DNA of 29,626 bases from a virus (lineage: Duplodnaviria > Caudoviricetes), in IMG/VR virus record IMGVR_UViG_3300027838_000029, positions 1 through 29,626 of that record; one strand, given 5' to 3'. Shown here piece after piece: positions 1 through 8,529 of the stretch (its first letter is position 1; each line of letters opens with the position of its first letter). The translations under genes and the position numbers were made by a program. The notes beneath the pieces are model-generated. The model was not told the origin of the DNA, ran no database searches, and worked only from the letters and a program-made list of their open reading frames with translations.

Positions 1-2510
1 ATTGTAGTTGTAGTATCTACTGTAGTAATCGTTGTACTAGCTGGAATACCTGTACCAGTTACAGGCATAGCAGGTGCTAATCCAGCAGTAGTTTCAGAAC
101 CAGAAAAGGTAACTACTCTTGATGCATCAGCATATGCCGCAGTTGCAAGAGTCTTACGAACCTGTAACTTTAGTGGCATATTCGTATGCGTAGTTGATTC
201 GGCAGAAGTTAGAGTCCCTGTAAGAGTAGCCTTGCTCTTATCTGCTCCTGTTAGGTTAGTAAGAGTTAAACCAATGTCAGTATCAATAAAACTCCGACTA
301 CCATCGGCTTTAGTAGTATTTTCTACAGCAGTAAACTCAATGTCCTCATCTCCGGCTAGTTGTGTTGCTGAACCTGTGAAGGTGATTGTGGGAATAACTA
401 CAGACCCTATGGTTTTAGTATAAATTGTAGTGGGTGGAGTGAATGCTGAAGTCCAACGTGCAGATGTAGAAAATCTTAGTGAATCAATATATCCTGTAAA
501 ATATCTATGTACAGAGCCAGATACTGTTGCTCTACCAATTTGCATAACTGCGGCTGGGTTTGTTATTGCGGTACTACTAGATGCGCTTCCAGTTTGAGTA
601 CCACCAACAAATATTCGATATGTAGACCCATCCCAACCAACAGAAAGATGTGTCCAAGTGCCATTTGAAATAGTAGCACTTGAAGAAAGTGTCAACCATG
701 ATCCAGCATAGTAAAGGAATCTTGGAGTAGAGCCACCACTACTCATATCAAGGACAAAACCATTGGCGGTATCTGTACCAACTTGAAAAACAGAATTAAA
801 CCCAGTTCCTAAATCAGTTGGGTAGACCCACATATCAAGAGTCCATGAACTACTTAAATCCCAATCTGCGTGATCTGGAACGGTTAAATAATCACCAGTT
901 CCATCAAAATAAACACCTGTACTTCCAAATGTTTTTCCACTTGCTGGCCACGCCATTGCTGGAGTTATGAGATTTGACCCAGTTCCCTCAACATGACTTG
1001 CGTGTAAAGTAGAATGAAAACATCCAGTTGGAGTAATTGTATGTGTAGTACCTGTAGTAGCACTATCTGTGAATGTAGCCACACCAGACCCACCAGTAGA
1101 AAGATTACTATGAATAAGAAGTTTGGTTTGTGCGGCTGTAACTGCGGCAATATTAGACCCTGCCGCTCCTGCCGATTGACCAGAACCAGAAAAACGAGCA
1201 GTAGGTACAGTAAAATTCCCAGTATAGACTGCTGAACCAATTACGACGCGTACCTCATCTATATACCCTACAACATTATAGTTATTACCACCCCGTCTTC
1301 TTCCTAAAGTAAAAATAGTGCTTGTGAAATTAGTAGCATTAGCCGCACTTCCAGAGTTTCGCCCATTTAAGTACATGGTTAGAGTTCCACTATTACGTAC
1401 TACAGCAATATGTGTCCATTCCTTTACCTTAATTACTCTATCTGCGGAAAATGCTAGTATATCACCAGCAACGGCTGTTGTCCGATTATAAACTTTCATT
1501 TGACCATTAGAACGATCATATTGTATAAGAAACCCATTAGTATCACTTGCATCCCCTCCATCAAAAATCATGGGATTATGTGTATCTCCATCGAGTTCAT
1601 CAACCTTAGCCCAAAATTCAATAGTAAAATCTCCTGAACTAAACGCATCCATTGAGGTGACAGTAAGATCATCACCATCAGTTCCAGCAAACTTCATTGC
1701 AGTTTTACCATCTCCAAAAGGACTTGCTTCGATGTATACTCCGCCATCAAGGGAGATTTTGTGACCATCACCTCCAGTATTAGAACTATCCTCAAAATCT
1801 CTTCCTCCACCTCTATCAAAATTTAATAGAAGTTTTGTCTCAGTATCTACGCCAACAATTGTTCCGGTATAAGTTCCTAGATGAGTAGTAGTGTTTGCAC
1901 TTGTTCCAGTTGCACCAGCATGAACTACAGTTGGATCAGCATTAACTGTAATTGCAGTTGCAAAACGATTTGTTGAGCCTGAAGTATCCACCTCTATGTA
2001 TGCTGTACTTCCTGAAGCTCCAATTGATCCTGCACCAAAGACAGCAGTAAGTTTTGAGGCTGAATTAAATGTTGTGGTTGCATTTGAACCAATCTGAGTG
2101 CCTCCTGCTGAAGCAGTAAACATCTTGACTGCACTAGATGTACTAAAGTTTGAACCAAAGACTGTTATGGTTGAATCGGAATCATCATTCAGGAATCCAG
2201 AAACAGCAGAGATATTTGGAGCAGGAGCAATAGTTGACCATGTTCCGTTGTATTGTTGAACTGCACCTGAAGCAGTATTGTAAATAAGCATCCCAACAGT
2301 AGGACTTGATATAGCAGTATCCCTTGCAGAATCATTTGCAAAAGTAGGTACTTTATGATAATCTGCTGTTATACCTGTAACGGCTGCGAGTTCAGAAATA
2401 CCTACTGCATCAGCAGCTATCTCAGAAGAACCTACTGCATCTGCAGCTATATCCCCAGCTACTAACGTATCCGTTGCGATTCCTGCGCTTGTTATTGTTG
2501 AAATTGCCAT
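1..2510 (-). CDS. Tail fibre/adhesin with IPT-like and tandem LamG (concanavalin A-like) domains; 3' end runs off the window
   Basis: Not in the ORF track because no stop lies in the window. ATG at 2510 with AAGGA SD and a TATAAATA upstream. Manual translation: MAISTITSAGIATDTLVAGDIAADAVGSSEIAADAVGISELA...GMLIYNT...; LamG-type motifs DFTIEFWAK...WTHIAVVRNSG...GYIDEVRV (~1200-1730) and WTLDMWVYP...WTHLSV...FTGYIDSLRFS (~420-930). The same frame is in register at position 3 (...GTGIPASTTITTVDTTTT). Confidence 0.88.
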   Translation of the reverse strand, partial: MAISTITSAGIATDTLVAGDIAADAVGSSEIAADAVGISELAAVTGITADYHKVPTFANDSARDTAISSPTVGMLIYNTASGAVQQYNGTWSTIAPAPNISAVSGFLNDDSDSTITVFGSNFSTSSAVKMFTASAGGTQIGSNATTTFNSASKLTAVFGAGSIGASGSTAYIEVDTSGSTNRFATAITVNADPTVVHAGATGTSANTTTHLGTYTGTIVGVDTETKLLLNFDRGGGRDFEDSSNTGGDGHKISLDGGVYIEASPFGDGKTAMKFAGTDGDDLTVTSMDAFSSGDFTIEFWAKVDELDGDTHNPMIFDGGDASDTNGFLIQYDRSNGQMKVYNRTTAVAGDILAFSADRVIKVKEWTHIAVVRNSGTLTMYLNGRNSGSAANATNFTSTIFTLGRRRGGNNYNVVGYIDEVRVVIGSAVYTGNFTVPTARFSGSGQSAGAAGSNIAAVTAAQTKLLIHSNLSTGGSGVATFTDSATTGTTHTITPTGCFHSTLHASHVEGTGSNLITPAMAWPASGKTFGSTGVYFDGTGDYLTVPDHADWDLSSSWTLDMWVYPTDLGTGFNSVFQVGTDTANGFVLDMSSGGSTPRFLYYAGSWLTLSSSATISNGTWTHLSVGWDGSTYRIFVGGTQTGSASSSTAITNPAAVMQIGRATVSGSVHRYFTGYIDSLRFSTSARWTSAFTPPTTIYTKTIGSVVIPTITFTGSATQLAGDEDIEFTAVENTTKADGSRSFIDTDIGLTLTNLTGADKSKATLTGTLTSAESTTHTNMPLKLQVRKTLATAAYADASRVVTFSGSETTAGLAPAMPVTGTGIPASTTITTVDTTTT
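2401..2460 (-). repeat. 30-bp tandem repeat encoding decapeptide fibre repeats (IAADAVGxxE)
   Basis: cctactgcatcagcagctatctc at 2401 and cctactgcatctgcagctatatc at 2431; related decapeptides occur at 5760-5850 in the 923-aa gene. Confidence 0.75.
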
Positions 2511-2529
2511 TATTCCTTATTGTTTCTTA

Positions 2530-2537
2530 TATTTATA
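2530..2537 (-). promoter_or_regulatory. T4-type late promoter TATAAATA
   Basis: Exact consensus in the short intergenic gap, about 20 nt upstream of the ATG at 2510. Confidence 0.85.
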
Positions 2538-2539
2538 AA

Positions 2540-3121
2540 CTATGGTGCAGAAGGCCAGGTTATATTATCTGGATCTGATTGGTCTGTAATGTCTCTCAGA
2601 GCAGTTCTGTAAGTCTTCCATTTTGTAGGTAAGTCACTTCCCTCATCTGATTCACTTGCTACTATAACTCTCCAATCTGTAGCTGCAATCTTTCTATCTC
2701 TTTCTGCTCTTACTCTTGCCCATTTATCTGCAAGGATTCTTGCATCTCTTGTGTTATCTTGTCCTACGAAATGGGACTGAACGTATACTTTGGGGTCTTG
2801 ACTGTTTCCATCATTGTCCTTGATTTCTTCTGCATCTCTTTTACTAGCATAGTACTTGATGTTGTAGACTGTTCCTGTTGCTGGTGAACTGCTTTGATAA
2901 TCACCTAACTGATTCAGTCTTGCCTGAACATCCTCATCTGAGCATTCAACGATTGTGTATCCAGTTTCTCCAGAATAATCTACTACAGGTGGATCACCAG
3001 AAGTAACGGAAGCTAACCAAGTCCAGTATTCAGACTTACTTAATCCTTTTACTTTTCTCCGACATTGCCACTCTGTTTCGTGGACTGTCTGGAGTACGTT
3101 TGCTTTGTGTGATATGTACAT
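2540..3121 (-). CDS. Tail fibre assembly chaperone (C-terminal Phage_tail_APC-like domain) with N-terminal extension
   Basis: C-terminal WARVRAERDRKIAATDWRV...WKTYRTALRDITDQ...ITWPSAP is the characteristic chaperone motif; lies directly downstream of a fibre gene. Confidence 0.8.
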   Translation of the reverse strand: MYISHKANVLQTVHETEWQCRRKVKGLSKSEYWTWLASVTSGDPPVVDYSGETGYTIVECSDEDVQARLNQLGDYQSSSPATGTVYNIKYYASKRDAEEIKDNDGNSQDPKVYVQSHFVGQDNTRDARILADKWARVRAERDRKIAATDWRVIVASESDEGSDLPTKWKTYRTALRDITDQSDPDNITWPSAP

Positions 3122-3122
3122 A

Positions 3123-5894
3123 TTAATTTAATTTAGTAATTTTTAATGCGTTAGCTTGCGATGCAGTACTATGAGTTGACCCAACTTCTATATTGATATA
3201 AACATAATCTCCTCTTTTCATATCCCATATAATATTTTGGGAAGTCGTAGTATCGCTTGGGTCTGTTCTATTACTCACTCCTGCTGTATAAGTACCTGAA
3301 GTTGCATTTTGATATACAAAAAATTGAAAATCTACTGCGTTGGCATAAAAATGCACATCTATCTCATATATACCATCTTCAAGAATAATAAATCTGTCAT
3401 AAGCAATGACAATATTTTTATTGAAAAAAGGATAAATATCTTTCCCTCGATACTCATCCCAAATAAAAGGATTTGAACCAGATATATGACCTCCATCTCG
3501 ACTACAAGATAGTTGAGTTGACGGCCCCATATACCCCACATCCCTAGTCACCTCATCCCATGTCTTACCATCTGGAGTCACCACCAGATTAGTCTGTTCC
3601 ATGTTCCTGTCACCTCCTACTAACTCATGCAGGAATGGTGTTTCAAAGGTTTGGTAGTGTGATGATGTGTGGATTGGAGAGGCTACCCAACCACCACAAA
3701 ATTGATGCCCTGCCGATTTTACAGTTTGAATAAGTTTATTTACTCCTAAAGTTGCTACTGGTGTAATAGCTATATCATTTGAATTATTAGTTCCCTGAAC
3801 CTTAGTGTTTGATGATTCTGTATCTGTTCCTGCCCATGTTGTACCATGATCTGCTTGGTCAATATCTTCAACTTGAACTATAGCTCGTGTACTAAAAGTA
3901 GGAATTTCTACTGTCATTGTACTTGAACTATGAGTTTGTACTGCTAAAAAATCTGGTGATCTATCAGTATGAACTGCATGATTAAAAGTTGGAGCATTAG
4001 CAGAATTATAAAACCAATCCCTAGATGCTGAGATTCTTCTCACTCCTTTGGAAATAGTAGCTTGAGTTACAGTTGCACTTTCAGCAACAAAGTCTGCCAT
4101 GAGCATATAATCTGCAATGACTACAGCATCCTCTGGAATTGGAGGCATCTTGGGTTGGTGGAACGACATCTCTTGTTGGGTATGAGTAGCTTGTGCCCTT
4201 ACTTGAACACCATCCATATATGCAATTTCACTACTCGCATTGACATATGTTTTTTTAAAAATATGTGTTCCATAAGGCAAATTCTGAGCTATAGGAAGTA
4301 CTGTTCCGTTTGTCATAATATAAGTATAACCTGTACCTATAAATGTATGGTATTCATAAAAGCCATCTGCATTTGCTCCTGTACCATGAGTATATCCTTC
4401 TGTTTGATTTGCTACGGCAGATGTTAATCCATCATCCATCACATAGGCAGTATTATCAGTGACACTAGCTTTAATCATACTTGAATCTGCATAAGTAGCA
4501 CCTGTTCCTCCATTAGCTGCACCATTCCCAAACTCTCTATTATAAAAAGTTTTTGCAACTTCTGATTGTGAGTAGTCTATTGCTCCTGCTTCAAAGGTTG
4601 GTAGATAAGTATTGTTTGCAATAGAAGCATTTGCTTTAGCAGAAACAGCAAGTCCATCTGCATTACGAGCATTAGGTGGCATCATGTTTACGGATGTCTT
4701 AATCGTTCCATCATTAGCAACCCACTTAACTACTCTTCCTCCATTGTAAGGTTTATAGTAATTGGAACTGTGTAACCATGCCGCTAAACCTAGTGAAGTT
4801 GCAGTATCAATATTGGTACTAGAACCTGTTCCTATAGGCCATGCAGTACCATTATGTGCGCCAGAAGCCCATACAGTTGATCCATCAGTCTTAAATGCAA
4901 ATGGATTGTAGTGTGGTGTCCCTGAGACTGTAAACTTCTTTCCGTAGGATACTACATTTTGACTTGGTATCTGTATCTGTGATTTGGTTGTAGTTGATGT
5001 GGTGTCTTGGGCTATTAGTTCTATGCCATAAAGTCTTAGAAGTTGGTTGCTATCACCCCCAATTCTAACTGTATGAATACCTAATGTTGGAGTAAAAGGT
5101 AGGTTAATTACACTACCAGCATCAACAAATCTTCCAGTTAAAGGAGAATTAACAGTAGTATCATTTCCAGTAAAATTTGAGGTAACTACACCATCAATAG
5201 AGATATTCATTATAGTATCGTCATAACTCGTAGCTATAAAATTAGAACGATTAAAATATCCTGTATATTCTATGTAACAAGTAAAATCTGCCGCACCTGC
5301 ATTATCTCCTTGTAAATATACTCCATGAGCCCCATTCTGATAAACCCAATCTCCAACTGCTCTTGCCCAATTTCTACCATCTATACTATAAACATTTTCA
5401 CCATGAGTTGCAGTCTCCTGTTCTAACTGTTGCATTGACTTAAACTTATGTCTCTGACTTCCAAAATGACTACCAATTCTAGGGTCTTTGATTGGCTTGC
5501 TTCCTTTGATGTCTGTGTAGTAGTACATCCTTCCGTCAGACTGTACTGTTCCGTATTTACTAGATGCAACAGTAGAACTATTCGGGCCAGTTGTAACAGC
5601 AGATAATGCAGTAGTACCATCTAACATTACATTAGCAACAGCAGGATACAACACATCTGTGATGATGTGAGGTTTTACACCAGTAATAATTGCACTTCCA
5701 TCAGTAACATCTGCATTAAGTTTTGCTTCTGTTACTGCCCCTGCTACTATTTCAGTTGCAGTTACAGCATTCGTTGCAATCGCAGCCGTATCTACTGCAT
5801 CATCTGCAAGTTCTGATGCACCTACTGCATTGGCTGCAATATCTGCTGCGACTATCTCATCTGAAAATTGTGCTAATGTTCTTCGTATTGCCAT
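3123..5894 (-). CDS. Putative receptor-binding tail fibre/spike protein with C-terminal C1q/TNF-like beta domain
   Basis: N-terminal decapeptide repeats (IAANAVGASEL/ADDAVDTAAI), several beta-sandwich-like segments, C-terminal FIILEDGIYEIDVHF...MKRGDYVYI...LKITKL; followed by a chaperone gene. Confidence 0.7.
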   Translation of the reverse strand: MAIRRTLAQFSDEIVAADIAANAVGASELADDAVDTAAIATNAVTATEIVAGAVTEAKLNADVTDGSAIITGVKPHIITDVLYPAVANVMLDGTTALSAVTTGPNSSTVASSKYGTVQSDGRMYYYTDIKGSKPIKDPRIGSHFGSQRHKFKSMQQLEQETATHGENVYSIDGRNWARAVGDWVYQNGAHGVYLQGDNAGAADFTCYIEYTGYFNRSNFIATSYDDTIMNISIDGVVTSNFTGNDTTVNSPLTGRFVDAGSVINLPFTPTLGIHTVRIGGDSNQLLRLYGIELIAQDTTSTTTKSQIQIPSQNVVSYGKKFTVSGTPHYNPFAFKTDGSTVWASGAHNGTAWPIGTGSSTNIDTATSLGLAAWLHSSNYYKPYNGGRVVKWVANDGTIKTSVNMMPPNARNADGLAVSAKANASIANNTYLPTFEAGAIDYSQSEVAKTFYNREFGNGAANGGTGATYADSSMIKASVTDNTAYVMDDGLTSAVANQTEGYTHGTGANADGFYEYHTFIGTGYTYIMTNGTVLPIAQNLPYGTHIFKKTYVNASSEIAYMDGVQVRAQATHTQQEMSFHQPKMPPIPEDAVVIADYMLMADFVAESATVTQATISKGVRRISASRDWFYNSANAPTFNHAVHTDRSPDFLAVQTHSSSTMTVEIPTFSTRAIVQVEDIDQADHGTTWAGTDTESSNTKVQGTNNSNDIAITPVATLGVNKLIQTVKSAGHQFCGGWVASPIHTSSHYQTFETPFLHELVGGDRNMEQTNLVVTPDGKTWDEVTRDVGYMGPSTQLSCSRDGGHISGSNPFIWDEYRGKDIYPFFNKNIVIAYDRFIILEDGIYEIDVHFYANAVDFQFFVYQNATSGTYTAGVSNRTDPSDTTTSQNIIWDMKRGDYVYINIEVGSTHSTASQANALKITKLN

Positions 5895-5903
5895 TGTTTT
5901 TTA

Positions 5904-7445
5904 TTATTTCCAACCTATTGAGGTTGCGTGTATTTTTGTTTCTTTACTTGTTGATTGATTATGTGTGGTGATTTTGTAACACATTGCAGTTCCACTTGCT
6001 CCTGTAAAAGATAAATCGTGAAATGCTAGGATTCTCTTGTTTGTTCCCCAATCACCTTCATCAACCAATGTTCCTTCTATGAAAGTGCTTCCTGAATCTC
6101 TTGAAATATATCCTTTAATATCAGTATTTATTGTTGCTGGTGTTCCTCCCGAATCTTCTATCAACGTAACCATGTGTGCTTTGGTAGGAGCCGCTTCTGC
6201 GGCTGTGTCTGTGGATTGAAGGGTTAAACTGCCTGGTGTATCTGAGTCAGCTGTAGTAGCTGTGGTAGACACACCATTATTTCCTGTTGTTGATGTAGTA
6301 CGGGCACCTCCTGCACCAATCACATAATTAACAACTATACCTCCAGCAAGGGCGAGAGTAGCAGATTTGGATACACCTCCTCCACCTCCACCACCTCCAC
6401 TTGAGCTTGCCCCACCTGACTCGCCAGCACCACTACCACCACCGCCAATAGCCCAAAGTATCAAATTAGTAGCACCAGAAGGTACTGTATATGATGTACC
6501 ATTAAATTTCTTTATAGCTTGTGCAACATTACTTGAGTCAGTATATGTAATAATAACACCACCTGTAGCACCACCTCCACTACCACCACCAGTATTTGAA
6601 TTTTGTTGATCACCGACTCCTCCTCCGCCTCCTCCGGGCCATCCGCCACCACCTCCAGCATTTTTTCTCGATGATCCATCTGTACCTTTTTGACCACCAC
6701 CATAAGTAGTTCCAACACCACCTTCTCCAAGTCCATCTCCGGCAGAAGCATCCATTGTCCCGCCAATTCCTCCAGCTTTATAACCAGTTCCACCAGCCGC
6801 AGCTGCTTGACCGGTGACTCCATCCCAATCTGTTCCTCCACCAGCACCACCACCAGTATAGTGAGCGGCAGAACCATTTCCACCTATAGGTTGCTCAGCA
6901 GAAAGAGTAGCGGCACTTCCTTGACCACCACTACCTCCACCAGCACCAGTAATAGTACCAGAACCATTACCACCACGAGATATTGTACCTGAACCCACTC
7001 CAGAACTTCCTGCTCCTCCTGTTCCATGAGATGCACCACCCGAACCAGTACCACCTGCACCGCCAGTTGTGCCACTTGCCGCAGTACCACCACCACCAGT
7101 TATAGTAGATATGCCCGATACAGCTACTGAACCTGCATAAACACCAGAAGCTAATACATGATTAGTAGAAGGTGTAGCATCTATTCCTGAAGCATCATAA
7201 TAATTATCTATGATTCTGTCTTGGAGACTATACTTTACATCATTATGGTCTGCTGCTTGCCTGATAGCTATGATTGCTTGATTAGTTCGCATCTCATCAG
7301 TCTCAGTTTCCAGAGCATCCAACTCTGCTTGAGATGCCATATCTGCATCAATTCCAGCTGGTTGCATGAGTCCGTCAGTACCTATTCCTGCACCACTTGC
7401 TCCCAATAGAGCTGCGAGTTTTCGTGTGTTAGTTGTTACTGCCAT
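5904..7445 (-). CDS. Virion fibre/adhesin with central glycine-rich (polyglycine) domain
   Basis: Helical N-terminus, central GGGG-rich region, C-terminal beta domain (TINTDIKGYISRDSG...KIHATSIGW); SD AGGA and late promoter upstream. Confidence 0.7.
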   Translation of the reverse strand: MAVTTNTRKLAALLGASGAGIGTDGLMQPAGIDADMASQAELDALETETDEMRTNQAIIAIRQAADHNDVKYSLQDRIIDNYYDASGIDATPSTNHVLASGVYAGSVAVSGISTITGGGGTAASGTTGGAGGTGSGGASHGTGGAGSSGVGSGTISRGGNGSGTITGAGGGSGGQGSAATLSAEQPIGGNGSAAHYTGGGAGGGTDWDGVTGQAAAAGGTGYKAGGIGGTMDASAGDGLGEGGVGTTYGGGQKGTDGSSRKNAGGGGGWPGGGGGGVGDQQNSNTGGGSGGGATGGVIITYTDSSNVAQAIKKFNGTSYTVPSGATNLILWAIGGGGSGAGESGGASSSGGGGGGGGVSKSATLALAGGIVVNYVIGAGGARTTSTTGNNGVSTTATTADSDTPGSLTLQSTDTAAEAAPTKAHMVTLIEDSGGTPATINTDIKGYISRDSGSTFIEGTLVDEGDWGTNKRILAFHDLSFTGASGTAMCYKITTHNQSTSKETKIHATSIGWK

Positions 7446-7461
7446 TGTTTCCTATTTCTTA

Positions 7462-7469
7462 TATTTATA
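7462..7469 (-). promoter_or_regulatory. T4-type late promoter TATAAATA
   Basis: Exact consensus overlapping the TAA stop of the 338-aa gene, 16 nt upstream of the ATG at 7445. Confidence 0.8.
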
Positions 7470-8481
7470 GTGCAAGATAACGTACTACTAAACTAGAAGC
7501 GGCGGCCGGAGCACCCTCGACTAATGTAAGTGTCGTAGTACTGATTGTATAGTCAGTTGTTGGTATTAGACAAATTCCGTTTAAGAGTACTAAGACATCA
7601 TTCACCCCATAGTATCTTGTAGTACTAATTTGTTTTATAGTCTTGGTTGCGGCTGCAAATGAGTTATCAATAGTTGGAGCCCTGTATGTTGAATCGGTAT
7701 AATCAAGACTTAATTTTGCATTTGTTATCGAAGCATCTACGACTGTAGGAACTGAATTGTTCTGAGTTGCTACATAATGTACTGTAACATTATTCGTTCC
7801 TGTAGGCGGAGCCCCTGTAAAAGTAATTGTTGATCCAGAAAGTGTATATGCATTTCCTGAACCCCTCTGGAAAACACCATCCACGAATACCAAGATACTT
7901 GCTTGATTTGGGGGTGTTCTGGTTAAACTATAAGCAACTGTTGATCCATCTCCATTCTGGTGTTCCACCAATGGTACGGTTGCATCATCAGTAGTTGATG
8001 GAGTAAGTAATTGTTTTCCAAGATAGACTACAAAGACTCTTGCACCACTAGAGAAGGTGACTCCTGTGCCTGCAGCTGTTGCATTATTGGAAAGGGTTAA
8101 TGTTCCGTTACTTGAGGTTCCTGCTGTTGCAATAGCACTTACAAAAGTACTTGCTGGTATCCCTGTTCCAGAGATTGCTGAACCTACATTAAAATTCGTA
8201 GTTGTAATGTTAGTAAGACTTGCAGAGTTTTGAGTAGTATTTCCAGTTGCAGTATTTACTGTAAGGGCCTCTGCAAAAGTAATCTGCATTTGTCCAGCTG
8301 CACTTCTCCCTATGGAAAATGCATAGTCTGGCTCCTGTACGATACCATCAAGAGAAACAAACAGTTGTGTCGATTGAACTACATCAAAATCCAAGTCATA
8401 AATCGATGCAGTTGTTCCTGCAATGACTTGTTTCTGAAATACACCGTATGATGGTGCTAATCCTATGTATCCTTCAGACAT
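7465..8481 (-). CDS. Virion structural/fibre-associated protein with three small beta domains
   Basis: YIG N-terminal motif; three copies of the (L/I/V)xV(S/F/L)(L/V)(D/N)G(I/V)...Y..S...(I/L)T(F/L)...V.Y module seen in marine phage fibres and also in the 798-aa gene. Confidence 0.7.
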   Translation of the reverse strand: MSEGYIGLAPSYGVFQKQVIAGTTASIYDLDFDVVQSTQLFVSLDGIVQEPDYAFSIGRSAAGQMQITFAEALTVNTATGNTTQNSASLTNITTTNFNVGSAISGTGIPASTFVSAIATAGTSSNGTLTLSNNATAAGTGVTFSSGARVFVVYLGKQLLTPSTTDDATVPLVEHQNGDGSTVAYSLTRTPPNQASILVFVDGVFQRGSGNAYTLSGSTITFTGAPPTGTNNVTVHYVATQNNSVPTVVDASITNAKLSLDYTDSTYRAPTIDNSFAAATKTIKQISTTRYYGVNDVLVLLNGICLIPTTDYTISTTTLTLVEGAPAAASSLVVRYLAL

Positions 8482-8506
8482 TTGTTATCTCTATTACTCT
8501 TGTCAT
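8474..8506 (-). other. Mini-ORF MTRVIEITNV* with its own strong SD, overlapping the start of the 338-aa gene
   Basis: AAGGA (8518-8514), 7-nt spacer, ATG at 8506; TGA at 8476-8474 lies within ATGTCTGA of the next gene. Confidence 0.4.
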
Positions 8507-8529
8507 GTTTGTTTCCTTTTAATTTTTAA

